This document shows positions 1 to 12,300 of a stretch of 64,000 nt of DNA, in pieces. Origin of the DNA: Macrostomum hystrix (taxonomy: Eukaryota > Animalia > Platyhelminthes). The translations under genes were made by a program, and so were the position numbers. Within the stretch, counting starts at the first letter, position 1, and every line of letters begins with the position of its first letter. The notes beneath the pieces were generated by a model. That model saw only the letters and a list, made by a program, of their open reading frames with translations, did no database searches and was not told the DNA's origin. The stretch covers positions 3,162,001 to 3,226,000 of the forward strand of contig CATNEN010000001.1 of NCBI GenBank assembly GCA_950097015.1, written 5' to 3'.

Positions 1-3000
1 GCTGCTAAGCTGGATAAGAAGCTGCGCGACAATCTGCGAGACGCCAGGAACAGCTTGTTTACCGGCGGCGGCGATCCAACAGCATCGGCTCATTATTCGT
101 TTCAGAGGCCGCTACTGTTGCTGCTAGATCGCAGTCTGGATTTGGCCACTATGCTCCATCATCCGTGGACTTATCAGGTCTGGCTTGTGCGAAATTTTGC
201 GTATAGTAGGTTCCTTCAGCTAGGTGTGGGTATAGTAGGTTCCTTCAGCTAGGTGTGGGTATAGTAGGTTCCTTCAGCTAGGTGTAGGTATAGTAGGTTG
301 CTTCAGCTAGGTGTGGGTATAGTAGGTTGCTTCAGCTAGGTGTGGATATAGTAGGTTCCTTCAGCTAGGTGTAGGTATAGTAGGTTGCTTCAGCTAGGTG
401 TGGGTATAGTAGGTTCCTTCAGCTAGGTGTAGGTATAGTAGGTTGCTTCAGCCAGGTGTGGGTATAGTAGGTTCCTTCAGCTAGGTGTGGGTATAGTAGG
501 TTCCTTCAGCTAGGTGTAGGTATAGTAGGTTCCTTCAGCTAGGTGTGGGTATAGTAGGTTCCTTCAGCTAGGTGTGGGTATAGTAGGTTCCTTCAGCTAG
601 GTGTGGGTATAGTAGGTTCCTTCAGCTAGGTGTGGGTATAGTAGGTTCCTTCAGCTAGGTGTGGGTATAGTAGGTTCCTTCAGCTAAGTGTGGGTATAGT
701 AGGTTCCTTCAGCTAGGTGTAGGTATAGTAGGTTGCTTCAGCTAGGTGTGGGTATAGTAGGTTCCTTCAGCTAGGTGTGGGTATAGTAGGTTGCTTCAGC
801 CAGGTGTGGGTATAGTAGGTTCCTTCAGCTAGGTGTGGGTATAGTAGGTTCCTTCAGCTAGGTGTAGGTATAGTAGGTTCCTTCAGCTAGGTGTAGGTAT
901 AGTAGGTTCCTTCAGCTAGGTGTGGGTATAGTAGGTTCCTTCAGCTAGGTGTAGGTATAGTAGGTTGCTTCAGCCAGGTGTGGGTACAGTAGGTTGCTTC
1001 AGCCAGGTGTGGGTATAGTAGGTTCCTTCAGCTAGGTGTGGGTATAGTAGGTTGCTTCAGCCAGGTGTGGGTATAGTAGGTTCCTTCAGCTAGGTGTAGG
1101 TATAGTAGGTTGCTTCAGCTAGGTGTGGGTATAGTAGGTTGCTTCAGCCAGGTGTGGGTATAGTAGGTTCCTTCAGCTAGGTGTGGGTATAGTAGGTTCC
1201 TTCAGCTAGGTGTAGGTATAGTAGGTTCCTTCAGCTAGGTGTGGGTATAGTAGGTTCCTTCAGCTAGGTGTAGGTATAGTAGGTTCCTTCAGCTAGGTGT
1301 AGGTATAGTAGGTTCCTTCAGCTAGGTGTGGGTATAGTAGGTTCCTTCAGCTAAGTGTGGGTATAGTAGGTTCCTTCAGCTAGGTGTAGGTATAGTAGGT
1401 TCCTTCAGCTAGGTGTAGGTATAGTAGGTTCCTTCAGCTAGGTGTGGGTATAGTAGGTTCCTTCAGCTAGGTGTAGGTATAGTAGGTTGCTTCAGCCAGG
1501 TGTGGGTACAGTAGGTTGCTTCAGCCAGGTGTGGGTATAGTAGGTTCCTTCAGCTAGGTGTGGGTATAGTAGTTTGCTTCAGCCAGGTGTGGGTATAGTA
1601 GGTTCCTTCAGCTAGGTGTAGGTATAGTAGGTTGCTTCAGCCAGGTGTGGGTATAGTAGGTTCCTTCAGCTTGGTGTAGGTATAGTAGGTTGCTTCAGCT
1701 AGGTGTGGGTATAGTAGGTTCCTTCAGCTAGGTGTAGGTATAGTAGGTTGCTTCAGCCAGGTGTGGGTATAGTTGGTTCCTTCAGCTAGGTGTGGGTATA
1801 GTAGGTTCCTTCAGCTTGGTGTAGGTATAGTAGGTTGCTTCAGCTAGGTGTGGGTATAGTAGGTTCCTTCAGCTAGGTGTAGGTATAGTAGGTTGCTTCA
1901 GCTAGGTGTGGGTATAGTAGGTTCCTTCAGCTAGGTGTGGGTATAGTAGGTTGCTTCAGCTAGGTGTGGGTATAGTAGGTTCCTTCAGCTAGGTGTAGGT
2001 ATAGTAGGTTGCTTCAGCCAGGTGTGGGTATAGTTGGTTCCTTCAGCTAGGTGTAGGTATAGTAGGTTCCTTCAGCTAGGTGTGGGTATAGTAGGTTCCT
2101 TCAGCTAGGTGTGGGTATAGTAGGTTCCTTCAGCTAGGTGTGGGTATAGTAGGTTGCTTCAGCTAGGTGTGGGTATAGTAGGTTGCTTCAGCTAGGTGTG
2201 GGTATAGTAGGTTCCTTCAGCTAGGTGTGGGTATAGTAGGTTGCTTCAGCTAGGTGTGGGTATAGTAGGCTCCTTCAGCTAAGTGTGGGTATAGAAGGTT
2301 GCTTCAGCTAGGTGTGGGTATAGTAGGCTCCTTCAGCTAAGTGTGGGTATAGTTGGTTCCTTCTACAGGCAGTAGATTCCTTCAGTTGCAGGCAGTAGAT
2401 TCCTTCAGTTACAGGCAGTAGATTCCTTCAGTTACAGGCAGTAGATTCCTTCAGTTACAGGCAGTAGATTCCTTCAGTTACAGGCAGTAGATTCCTTCAG
2501 TTACAGGCAGTAGATTGCTTCAGTTACAGGCAGTAGATTCCCTCAGTTACAGACAGTAGATTCATTCAGTTACAGGCAGTAGATTGCTTCAGTTACAGAC
2601 AGTAGATTCCTTCAGTTACGGGCAGTAGATTGCTTCAGTTACAGACAGTAGATTCCTTCAGTTACGGGCAGTAGATTCCTTCAGTTACGGGCAGTAGATT
2701 GCTTCAGTTACAGGCAGTAGATTCCTTCAGTTACGGGCAGTAGATTCCTTCAGTTACGGGCAGTAGATTCCTTCAGTTACGGGCAGTAGATTGCTTCAGT
2801 TACAGGCAGTAGATTCCTTCAGTTACGGGCAGTAGATTGCTTCAGTTACAGACAGTAGATTCCTTCAGTTTTAGTCAAGCAAAAACAACGACAATGCAGG
2901 CTCTTGTACACGACGTCCTTGGTTCGCGATTAAACCGAGTGGAACTAGCCCAGTCTCAGCCGCAGTCCCAGCAGCATCAGCAGCAGCAGCGACGCACCAC

Positions 3001-4745
3001 AGCCTACGATCTGTTAGCTGAGGAAGACGCATTCTGGTCTAGTCAACGCGGCGCACCGTTCCCTGAGGTGGCCGACGCTGTTAAACGCAGCCTAGAAAAG
3101 TACAAACAAGAGGAGGAGAAAGTTAGCCGACTAAAACGCAGCATGGGATTCGGCGCCGAGCTAGACGACAAGACAGTCACGGATACAATGTCTGTGCTCA
3201 GCAGCGCAATGTCGGACCTGCCAGCCCTTCTAGCTATGAAGCGAAGCCTCGATATGCACACAAACGTTGCCACCAGTTTGGCCGAGAAGATCAAAGCTCG
3301 ACAATTAGATTTGCTATTCGAATTGGAAGAGAAACTATTGGCTAAACAGAGCTTAGATAGGCCTCTCGTTGATGTACTGGCCGATCCGGAAGCCGGCACT
3401 TTTGAAGATAAACTTCGCTTACTACTAGTAGCAGTGCTGAGCGATTGTCCTCAGGCGGCCGGTTCTGAATTAGACGAACTGCTCAGCCAGTTGACCAAAT
3501 TAGCCAACGAGATTGGCTCCAGCAGTGGTATAGTCAGCGAATCTGGCGGTCTAGTGGACTGTGCCAGCTTGTTAAAGGCGGCCGCATATCTCAGAAAATG
3601 GCGCGCCATCAGCGGCATCGGAGGCGGCGGCGGCAGTTACTATGTCGGCGGTGGCGGCGGCGGTGGCAGCGGCGGCGGCGGCTGGCTAGGCGGCTTATCA
3701 AAGGGTGGGTCCTTCCTGATGGAGGGTGTCAGAAATCTGGTATTGCGTAGGCACAATTTGCCGGCGGCTAGAATTACAGACGCCTTGATGGACAACCGTG
3801 CCGGGCAGACTGAGGTTGACGAGTATCGCTATTTTGATCCCAAGCTGCATCGCATTACGGATCCCTCCCAGATTCCTAGGCAAAAGCAGCCTTTTCAGGT
3901 TTGTGACTATTTTTAATAATCTCTCTAAACTGCTTCCTGAAATCTTAAATGTTTCGGCATATCCCTCTTCTTTATTTCTAATCTCTTGACAGCCTCCTAA
4001 AATAATTCTTAAAATCGTTTGTTACATAGAATAACTTTATTATAATTTAAAGCATTCATCTTTTCCTGGAAAAATTGTTCATTTCCTAAAAACAATTAAT
4101 TGTTTCATAAAAATATTCAATCGTTTCCAATAAACGTTCTTTCGTTTCCAAGAAACTTTGAATCATTTCATAGAAAATTTCAATAGTTTCGTGGAAACTT
4201 TTAATCGTTTCGTCGAAACGTTTAACCGTTTCTCAGACACCGTTTCTTTTATTTCCTAGAAGCATTCTTTCGTTTCATAGAAACATTCACTGTTTACCAA
4301 GAAACATTCAATGGTTTCCAAGAAACATTCACTGTTTACCAAGAAACATTCAATGGTTTCCAAGAAACATTCAATCGTTTCCTAGAAACTTTCGATCGTT
4401 TCCTAGAAACATTAAACCGTTTCTTAGAACGTATTCCTTTCTGCTTCCTTTTAAAATTTCTGGCTTCGAATTCCTTACAATCTGAACTATACTTTCTCTA
4501 CTTGTCTTTACTTAGCAAGCATAACCTCATTGCAGGAAGCCATTGTATTTGTTGTCGGCGGCGGCAACTACATAGAGTACCAGAATCTGGTTGACCTGCG
4601 AAAGACTTCCAAATCGTCTGGCGTTGTCGGTGGCGGTGCCGGCTCTGGCGGACCCGGCAGTCGGCGGATAACTTACGGCTGCACTCAGCTTGTCACTGGC
4701 TGCCAATTTCTGCTACAATTGGCCGAACTTGGCCAGCTCACTTAA
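1..4745 (+). CDS. SCFD1: Sec1 family domain-containing protein 1 (Sly1), 3' portion; exons <1-177, 2900-3898, 4536-4745
   Basis: Translation gives Sly1 hallmarks KLDKKLRDNLRD..NSLF, FQRPLLLLLDRSLDLATMLHHPWTYQ|ALVHDVL, PFPEVA, LDMHTNVAT, YRYFDPK, F.EAIVFVVGGGNYIEYQNL and YGC. Both introns are GT-AG, phase 0; stop TAA at 4743-4745. Confidence 0.95.
201..2362. repeat. 29-bp minisatellite (GTATAGTAGGTTCCTTCAGCTAGGTGTGG, ~74 copies) in SCFD1 intron
   Basis: Direct tandem repeat with a few recurring variants (TTCC/TTGC, GTGG/GTAG, CTA/CCA). Confidence 0.97.
2364..2870. repeat. 23-bp minisatellite (TACAGGCAGTAGATTCCTTCAGT, ~22 copies)
   Basis: Tandem repeat abutting the 29-mer array and sharing its AGTAGRTTSCTTCAGYTA core. 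Confidence 0.95.
4070..4435. repeat. Degenerate ~22-bp tandem repeat (TTTCCTAGAAACATTCAATCGT-like) in last SCFD1 intron
   Basis: Recurring TTTCY.AGAAAC.TT motif at ~22-bp spacing. Confidence 0.75.
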
Positions 4746-6342
4746 ACAAAACTCAGCTTTTTAACAGAATAATTTTCATATTTGAGCTAATTAATTTAGA
4801 TATGCCTGATGAATTCCACTAGACGAGATGTTTAGTTGAAAGATTTTAACTTCAGTACCGTAGTTTTGTGATGGATTAAGATCCCTTAAATAACTTTTTA
4901 GCACGTTCTACTCAACTGTCTTGAGTTCTGCCTTTGCTGCTTAATTTTACATAAAAATTGTTCTTTTTAATAACCTATTTAAATAACTCAAACGTACGTG
5001 TAATAACTTAGTTTATTATTAAATAGTTGCCCCTCTATGTGTAGCACTACATTTTTGTTGTATTGGTTGTATGTCGTATAATTTAATCGCTCTTAGCTTT
5101 TATTGGTACATACGACCTACTAGTAAGTAGTATGGTTTATTTTCATATTGAAAGTAAATGAAATTCTAGATTAAGAATATGTTAATTTTTTTATGTATAT
5201 AAGCATCTTTCAGGCTTTAAAGCTGACTTTGAGGCTTTGAAACTGAGCTAAGCTGCAATACATAATTTTACTGTGAGAAGCAACTACCAATTACACCAAT
5301 TGTTTTTGTTTTACACCAAGTGTCCCAAAAGCTTATGCTTTGCTAACTACTGATGAGTTCTCACACTTATTCGGTAATAACTTGCTCTATTCTCTTTCAT
5401 TGTGATTCATATTCGTACGGTACTGTTAATGCATGTTGAATGAACCTGTTTAATTATTAAAAAATTGCTCCAAGAATTTCAAAACCTTGTTGGCACTGTT
5501 AGGGCGCAGCTTTGACCAATTACATAACGCCGTCAATACTTTACTCGCCTACGCAAGATTCTTCGTTATTAAATGTTTTTTGCTTCTTTAAATGAAATAT
5601 ATATATACCGAAAAAGTGTCCATTTGCTTTGGTGACATGCGGTGCCTGGTTAGATAATTAAAATTACAATAGTATTTTTACAGTTCAAGCGTTAGTTTTT
5701 TGCGCTTTCAGGATCAAAGAACAATACAAAACTTGTGATTCCAGGGCGAAATGGCTTTGTATTTATTCCTACATCTACATTATTCATTATTCCTACACTA
5801 CATCTTAAAAATGCAAAAATCAGCAAAATAATCCTTTTCGTTAGTTAAACGCACCCTAAGTTAGCTTTCTAGCGGATTCATCTACTTTTCAATGAATTAT
5901 TTATATTTAGGATTAAAATAAACGAAGGTTAGAACCAAATTATAAAAGTTATTAATTACCATAATTTATGTAAATATAACTTGTTATAACCAGCTGTTGT
6001 AGCGAGCGTAAATACAAATTTCAAATTTTAGCCGCAATTTTTATTAATTTTAGAGCATCGGTATCATTGGTAATTAAGTTTCTTACTGAGTGTTGTTAGT
6101 TTTTAAGTCATCCCTGCATACAGTTTACTGTAATAGAGCTTTCAGCATGCAAATGCATTGCAACCCTTAATTCACCGGCTATGGTTGCTTTTCTGAACTG
6201 ATTTACAGGATAAACGGTTAAAACCGTTTAAAACTGTTTAAAACCGTGTAGCCTGCAAAACAGAACAGGCCTATTTATTGTAGGCCTAACAGTTTTATTC
6301 GACTAGGGGTGCCACCCCTGAGTCGAGTTTAGAATATAAAAT

Positions 6343-9300
6343 ATGGCTAGCTCAGTAGTTACAATTAAGACTACAAAGTCTCCTAGAATAAAGCGCAACA
6401 AGTTAGAAACAGAGTTTGAAAAACATCGCCTGGAAGAAAGATGGTCGACTATTCTTGATGTGCTCAAAACTACCAAGGTTCCAAAAAGTAAGTATTCTTA
6501 TATCGAGGTTTAATTTAACTTGCGAATTCTACCACTAGGTGCATGCCTAGTGTAGCTTTTAAATTGAGTCAAATCCTAATTGTATAAGCTGTTTTTGTGG
6601 TATTGATTTATTATTATTTTATATTTTAATTATTAAACATGCTTATTTATTTTAGGTGCGATGTTTTTATTATATATTTTAACTTTTGTTTATAGAACAC
6701 AGAGAATATATAACCCCTAAAATAAGTTTTCTACTTCTTTGTTTCAGAAGCTTTTAAGTTGTTAAAGTTGTTGTTTTTCTAAGCTAGCTAGGCCTATAGA
6801 GAGAGAGTGAGAGACTAAAACATTTTTGACAATTTAGCTTGGTCTAGCAGGTCATTTTCTATTATCTATTGAGTTTTGTATAAAATATTATCATGTCTAT
6901 GGATTCCATTAGCATAGCAATCCCACTTAAAAATCTGAGATTTCTTAGGCTTAATATTTTGTCAGTGCTTTAACTTGAGCCTCTGTCTAAGAGGTAGTCA
7001 AGTAAGTAGGCTATCTTTAAGCCGAATGCTCCATGCTTAAAGAATGAAGCATTGTAATTATCAATAATAAACTAATTGATCACAATAAATATGAAGAGCC
7101 TAATAATTCTGATCAATATAAATTTTTGTAGCTTTGTGTTAAGTGAGTGGTGTGTTTATATTATTGGACTTACAACTAAAATCATCTATAACAACTTTTG
7201 TCACCATTATCTAGTCTCACTTTTTCCAAAATATTTTCATTTTGGAAATTCAAAATGTTTTTTCCAATATATATTTTTTAAAATCTGGTCATTGGCTATA
7301 AATAAATTTACTTAGTTCAACTACAAAACATTTTGCCAGTAAAAAGTTGTTTATATTGAGGAATCTAACATTTCAAAAAATGCCTAAATGCTTTAAGTGA
7401 TATGTGCCACACATTACCACATTTTGCAGCGGTAAACTTTTACATATTAGATAAAATGATTGGCAAAAATGACTTGAGAAAGACAAGAATGATAAATTGA
7501 CTATTTTTTTGTGCTGAACAACAGCAGAAATATTATCATGTAAAAACTGGAAACATACTGATAAAAATGAAAAGACTTCATTTTGCGAAAATTCTACAGT
7601 AAAGAAGATTTTATGATAAGAAGGCTAGACAATCACTGAGATCTAGATTAATGAACCTTGATTAGCCACTCATTACGTTATAGCCGCGAATAAATATGGG
7701 AGAAATTAGTTATTGAAATGTCAAGCTAATTAAAACTGTACTTAATAGTATATATATATAATATTCTTTAATCCTTGTCAACCAGCCGATTTTATTCGTC
7801 TATGCGAAGTTGAAGCCCAACTAGAAAACTTCCTACTGAACGAATATGCCGGAGCTGACAGTGTTGTACCATCGGCCTATCAAGAGACACTCAAAGGCAT
7901 CTTCAATAGCGGCAGCGATGATCTAGTTGTACAAATCGATTCTGGCCTGTTGCTAGCCAAAGCTCTATATTATTCCAATCTGTATCAGGAGGCTCTGTCT
8001 GTCCTTGACGATCTGGCATTGGACAGCCAATCTGGTTGGTCAGCGGCTAGCAGGACTAGCCGACTACTCAGCGAAGGCTATGCTGTGCGCGGTATCTGCT
8101 TGGAGAAGGTGACATTTTTATCCCATTTTATACTGTTTAGTCATCTTTAAGGAAGCGTTTTGCCTTGGCTGTACTTTAGAGTTGCAGCTATGAACTTCTG
8201 ACCAAGAGAGGTCAGGAGTTTTAAAAGCAGAAAAGTTTTAAAGTTAGGAGCACTAATTAAATTTCGAATTCTCGAAGGAATTCTCGAAATTTTGTTCAGG
8301 TAAGCCAGACCCAGTCGCACGTTGTTCGCATCGGTCGTCACGAGGAGGTGATCGAATGCTACGAACGCGCCGGAGATCTCTACATTCAACACCTGCAGGA
8401 GTCGCAGGCCCAGGTGTTGGATAAGCGTACTGTGACGGTTAGCGAAGAGGTTGGCCACGCACTGCAACAGTCGCCCATATTGAGAATGTCCCACGGAGAT
8501 TTAACTGGCGCCATCAATCGCTTGAGACAGGTGTGAAATTGGCTTATTACACATCATCGATTGGTAATCTGACGCCTCATTGATTTATCATCTGACACCT
8601 AATCGATTTACCATCTGAAACCTAATCGATTTACCATCTGACACCTAATCGATTTACCACCTGAAACCTAATCGATTTACCATCTGACACCTAATCGATT
8701 TACCATCTGACACCTAATCGATTTACCATCTGACACCTCATTTTTTAAAAATCATCTGACACCTCATTTATAAATAATCATCTGACACCTCATTTATAAA
8801 TAATCATCTGACACCGCATTTATAAATAATCATCTGACACCTCATTTATAAATAATCATCTGACACCTAATTTATAAATAATCATCTGACACCTCATTTA
8901 TAAAAAAATCATCTGACACCTCATTTATAAATAATCATCTGAGACCTCATTTATAAATAATCATCTGACACCTCATTTATAAATAATCATCTGACACCTC
9001 ATTTATAAATAATCATCTGACACCTCATTTATAAATAATCATCTGACACCTCATTTATAAATAATCATCTGACACCTCATTTATAAATAATCATCTGACA
9101 CCTCATTTATAAATAATCATCTGACACCTCATTTATAAATAATCATCTGACACCTCATTTATAAATAATCATCTGACACCTCATTTATAAATAATCATCT
9201 GACACCTCATTTATAAATAATCATCTGACACCTCATTTATAAATAATCATCTGACACCTCATTTATAAATAATCATCTGACACCTCATTTATAAATAATC

Positions 9301-12300
9301 ATCTGACACCTCATTTATAAATAATCATCTGACACCTCATTTATAAATAATCATCTGACACCTCATTTATAAATAATCATCTGACACCTCATTTATAAAT
9401 AATCATCTGACACCTCATTTATAAATAATCATCTGACACCTCATTTATAAATAATCATCTGACACCTCATTTATAAATAATCATCTGACACCTCATTTAT
9501 AAATAATCATCTGACACCTCATTTATAAATAATCATCTGACACCTCATTTATAAATAATCATCTGACACCTCATTTATAAATAATCATCTGACACCTCAT
9601 TTATAAATAATCATCTGACACCTCATTTATAAATAATCATCTGACACCTCATTTATAAATAATCATCTGACACCTCATTTATAAATAATCATCTGACACC
9701 TCATTTATAAATAATCATCTGACACCTCATTTATAAATAATCATCTGACACCTCATTTATAAATAATCATCTGACACCTCATTTATAAATAATCATCTGA
9801 CACCTCATTTATAAATAATCATCTGACACCTCATTTATAAATAATCATCTGACACCTCATTTATAAATAATCATCTGACACCTCATTTATAAATAATCAT
9901 CTGACACCTCTTTCATCGATTTACTATCTGAAACCTCAACAGTATATAATCTGATAAACTTTATTAAACACCTGGCAGGTGCTTCGCTGTCACGAGACTA
10001 AATGCAGCCGGTCCATTCGCCAGACCCTGTCTCGCCAGCTAGCCGAAATACTCCTACGCGGCGTATCGCCGGAAAATTACCGTCGCCCGGAGCTAACCAG
10101 AGCGCGAACCATTGGCGTCTATCAGCACAGCGGCGAGGACCTACTTGTGCCCGACTCTCCGCTGCAAGAGGCCATACTGCTGCTAATGATTTCCGAGTTG
10201 ATCGCTTTTCAACAGGCTGTCCTGTCGCGCGATCAAGATACCAGGCTAGAGAGAAAGATCGCCTTTGAGAACACCGTGGCAGTTTACGACCTGCTGTGCG
10301 TTGCCCTGTCCAAAGTCGGAGCCTACGCCCAGCTAACCGAGATGCTTGAGCACGCTATGAAATTTTCCTTCGGCGAGTCGCACATTTGGCTGCAATTCGG
10401 CTTGGCTCTAATATCGGCTGGTAATCTTAGCAGGGGATTAGCCGTGTTTCAGGTGAGGATTAATTTGTCTTTAATCCTTTAGTTTTTTTTGTTTTACTTT
10501 AAGGATACGAGATTCTGGATTAATGACTTCGGGTATTTAATGACTTCGGGTGAGTTAAAAATATGGGATTTTGGTTAGGGGATTTAGGATTTTACCTTAG
10601 GATTAAAGGATTTTATTAGTTTGAGGATTCGGGATTTCGGTTTGAGAATTTAGGATTTAGTTTTCAGTATCCAGGATTTGGGATTTTTGTTAAACTATTC
10701 ACGATTTTACGTTGAAAATAGTGTTTATTTGTTTGAGTGTTTGAGTTTTAGGATTTTGAGTTTAGGATTACTAAGATTCGAACTCCGGACCTCTCTGTTA
10801 AGAAGCCAAAGCTCTAACCACTAGGCTAGGATAACTCCCGGATATCATGTATCAAAATCTGGCTTTATAAACCGCGGCAGGAGTGCTACCGCCTAGAAAC
10901 GATGGACGGTCACTACTGCCTGTTGGCCGCCAAAGCCGCCTTTGAAATGCAACGCCTCGGCGAAGGCCTTCGCTGGGTTGAGAGAGCCGGCGGCGTTCAC
11001 CGGGCCGCCCTATTCCGCGGCGTCGGCTGCCTATTGAAAGCGGCCGATAGTCGCAGCCTGGAAGAGCGCCGGGGTCATCTGGACGCGGCCGAGAAGGCGC
11101 TTCGACTGGCGTGCGCCGAGGACCCTGCCGACTATCTGGCCTTCTACCACCTGGCACTGTGCCTCGCCGAGCAGAGAAATCTGCAGGAGGCGCGGATTAC
11201 CGTTCTGCAGGCCTTGGAATTGAATCCGGATCACACAGATTCGGCTCACCTGCTGGCTCTGGTCTATACCGGACTGCGCCAGTGGGATGTGGCCCAGAAG
11301 GTTTGCTTATGCTTCCTGTAATTCCATAAGCTTCCTGTAATCCCAATAAGCTTCCTGTAATCCCAATAAGCTTCCTGTAATCCCATAAGCTTTCTGTAAT
11401 CCTATAAGCTTCCTGTAGTCCCAATAAGCTTCCTGTAATCCCATAAGCTTCATGTAATCCTATAAGCTTCCTGTAATCCCAATAAGCTTCCTGTAATCCC
11501 AATAAGCTTCCTGTAATCCCAATAAGCTTCCTGTAATCCCAATAAGCTTCCTGTAATCCCATAAGCTTTCTGTAATCCTATAAGCTTCCTGTAGTCCCAA
11601 TAAGCTTCCTGTAATCCCATAAGCTTCATGTAATCCTATAAGCTTCCTGTAATCCCATAAGCTTCCTGTAATCCCAATAAGCTTCCTGTAATCCCAATAA
11701 GCTTCCTATAAACCCAATAACCTTTCTATAATCCAGTGACCTTCTGGTAATCCCAATAACCTTTCTATAATCCAGTGACCTTCTGGTAATCCCAATAACC
11801 TTTCTATAATCCCAATGACCTTCTGGTAATCCCAATAACCTTTCAGTAATTCCAGTGACCTTCCAGTAATCCCAGTGACCTTCTAGTAATCCCAATGACC
11901 TTCCTAAAATACCCCTGGGGCAATCCTGTAATCCTAATGACTTTCCAGTAATCCCAATGACCTTCCTAAAACCCCTGGGGCAATCCTGTAATCCTAATGA
12001 CCTTCCAGTAATCCCAATGACCTTTCTAAAAAAACCCTGGGGCAATCCTGTAATCCTAATGACCTTCCTATTCTCCAACCTCCCTTCGATCCCAATTACG
12101 TTCCCGTAAACCCAAATAATCTTCCTCTTCCTCTAATCCCAATAACTTTTTTTTGCATCAGAGATCTTTTGTCATCTGCATGACATTTTTATTATCCAAA
12201 TAATCCTCCTGAAATCTTATATGGCCGTAGTTTAGTCTCGATATTAACATTCATTCTAATTTTTTGTCCTAAATCTTCTTAAATATATAATTTATCTCTA

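Noticed and set aside
4800-5385. CTGATGA motifs (4806, 5350) as hammerhead ribozyme cores
   Set aside because: No correctly placed GAAA or supporting stems.
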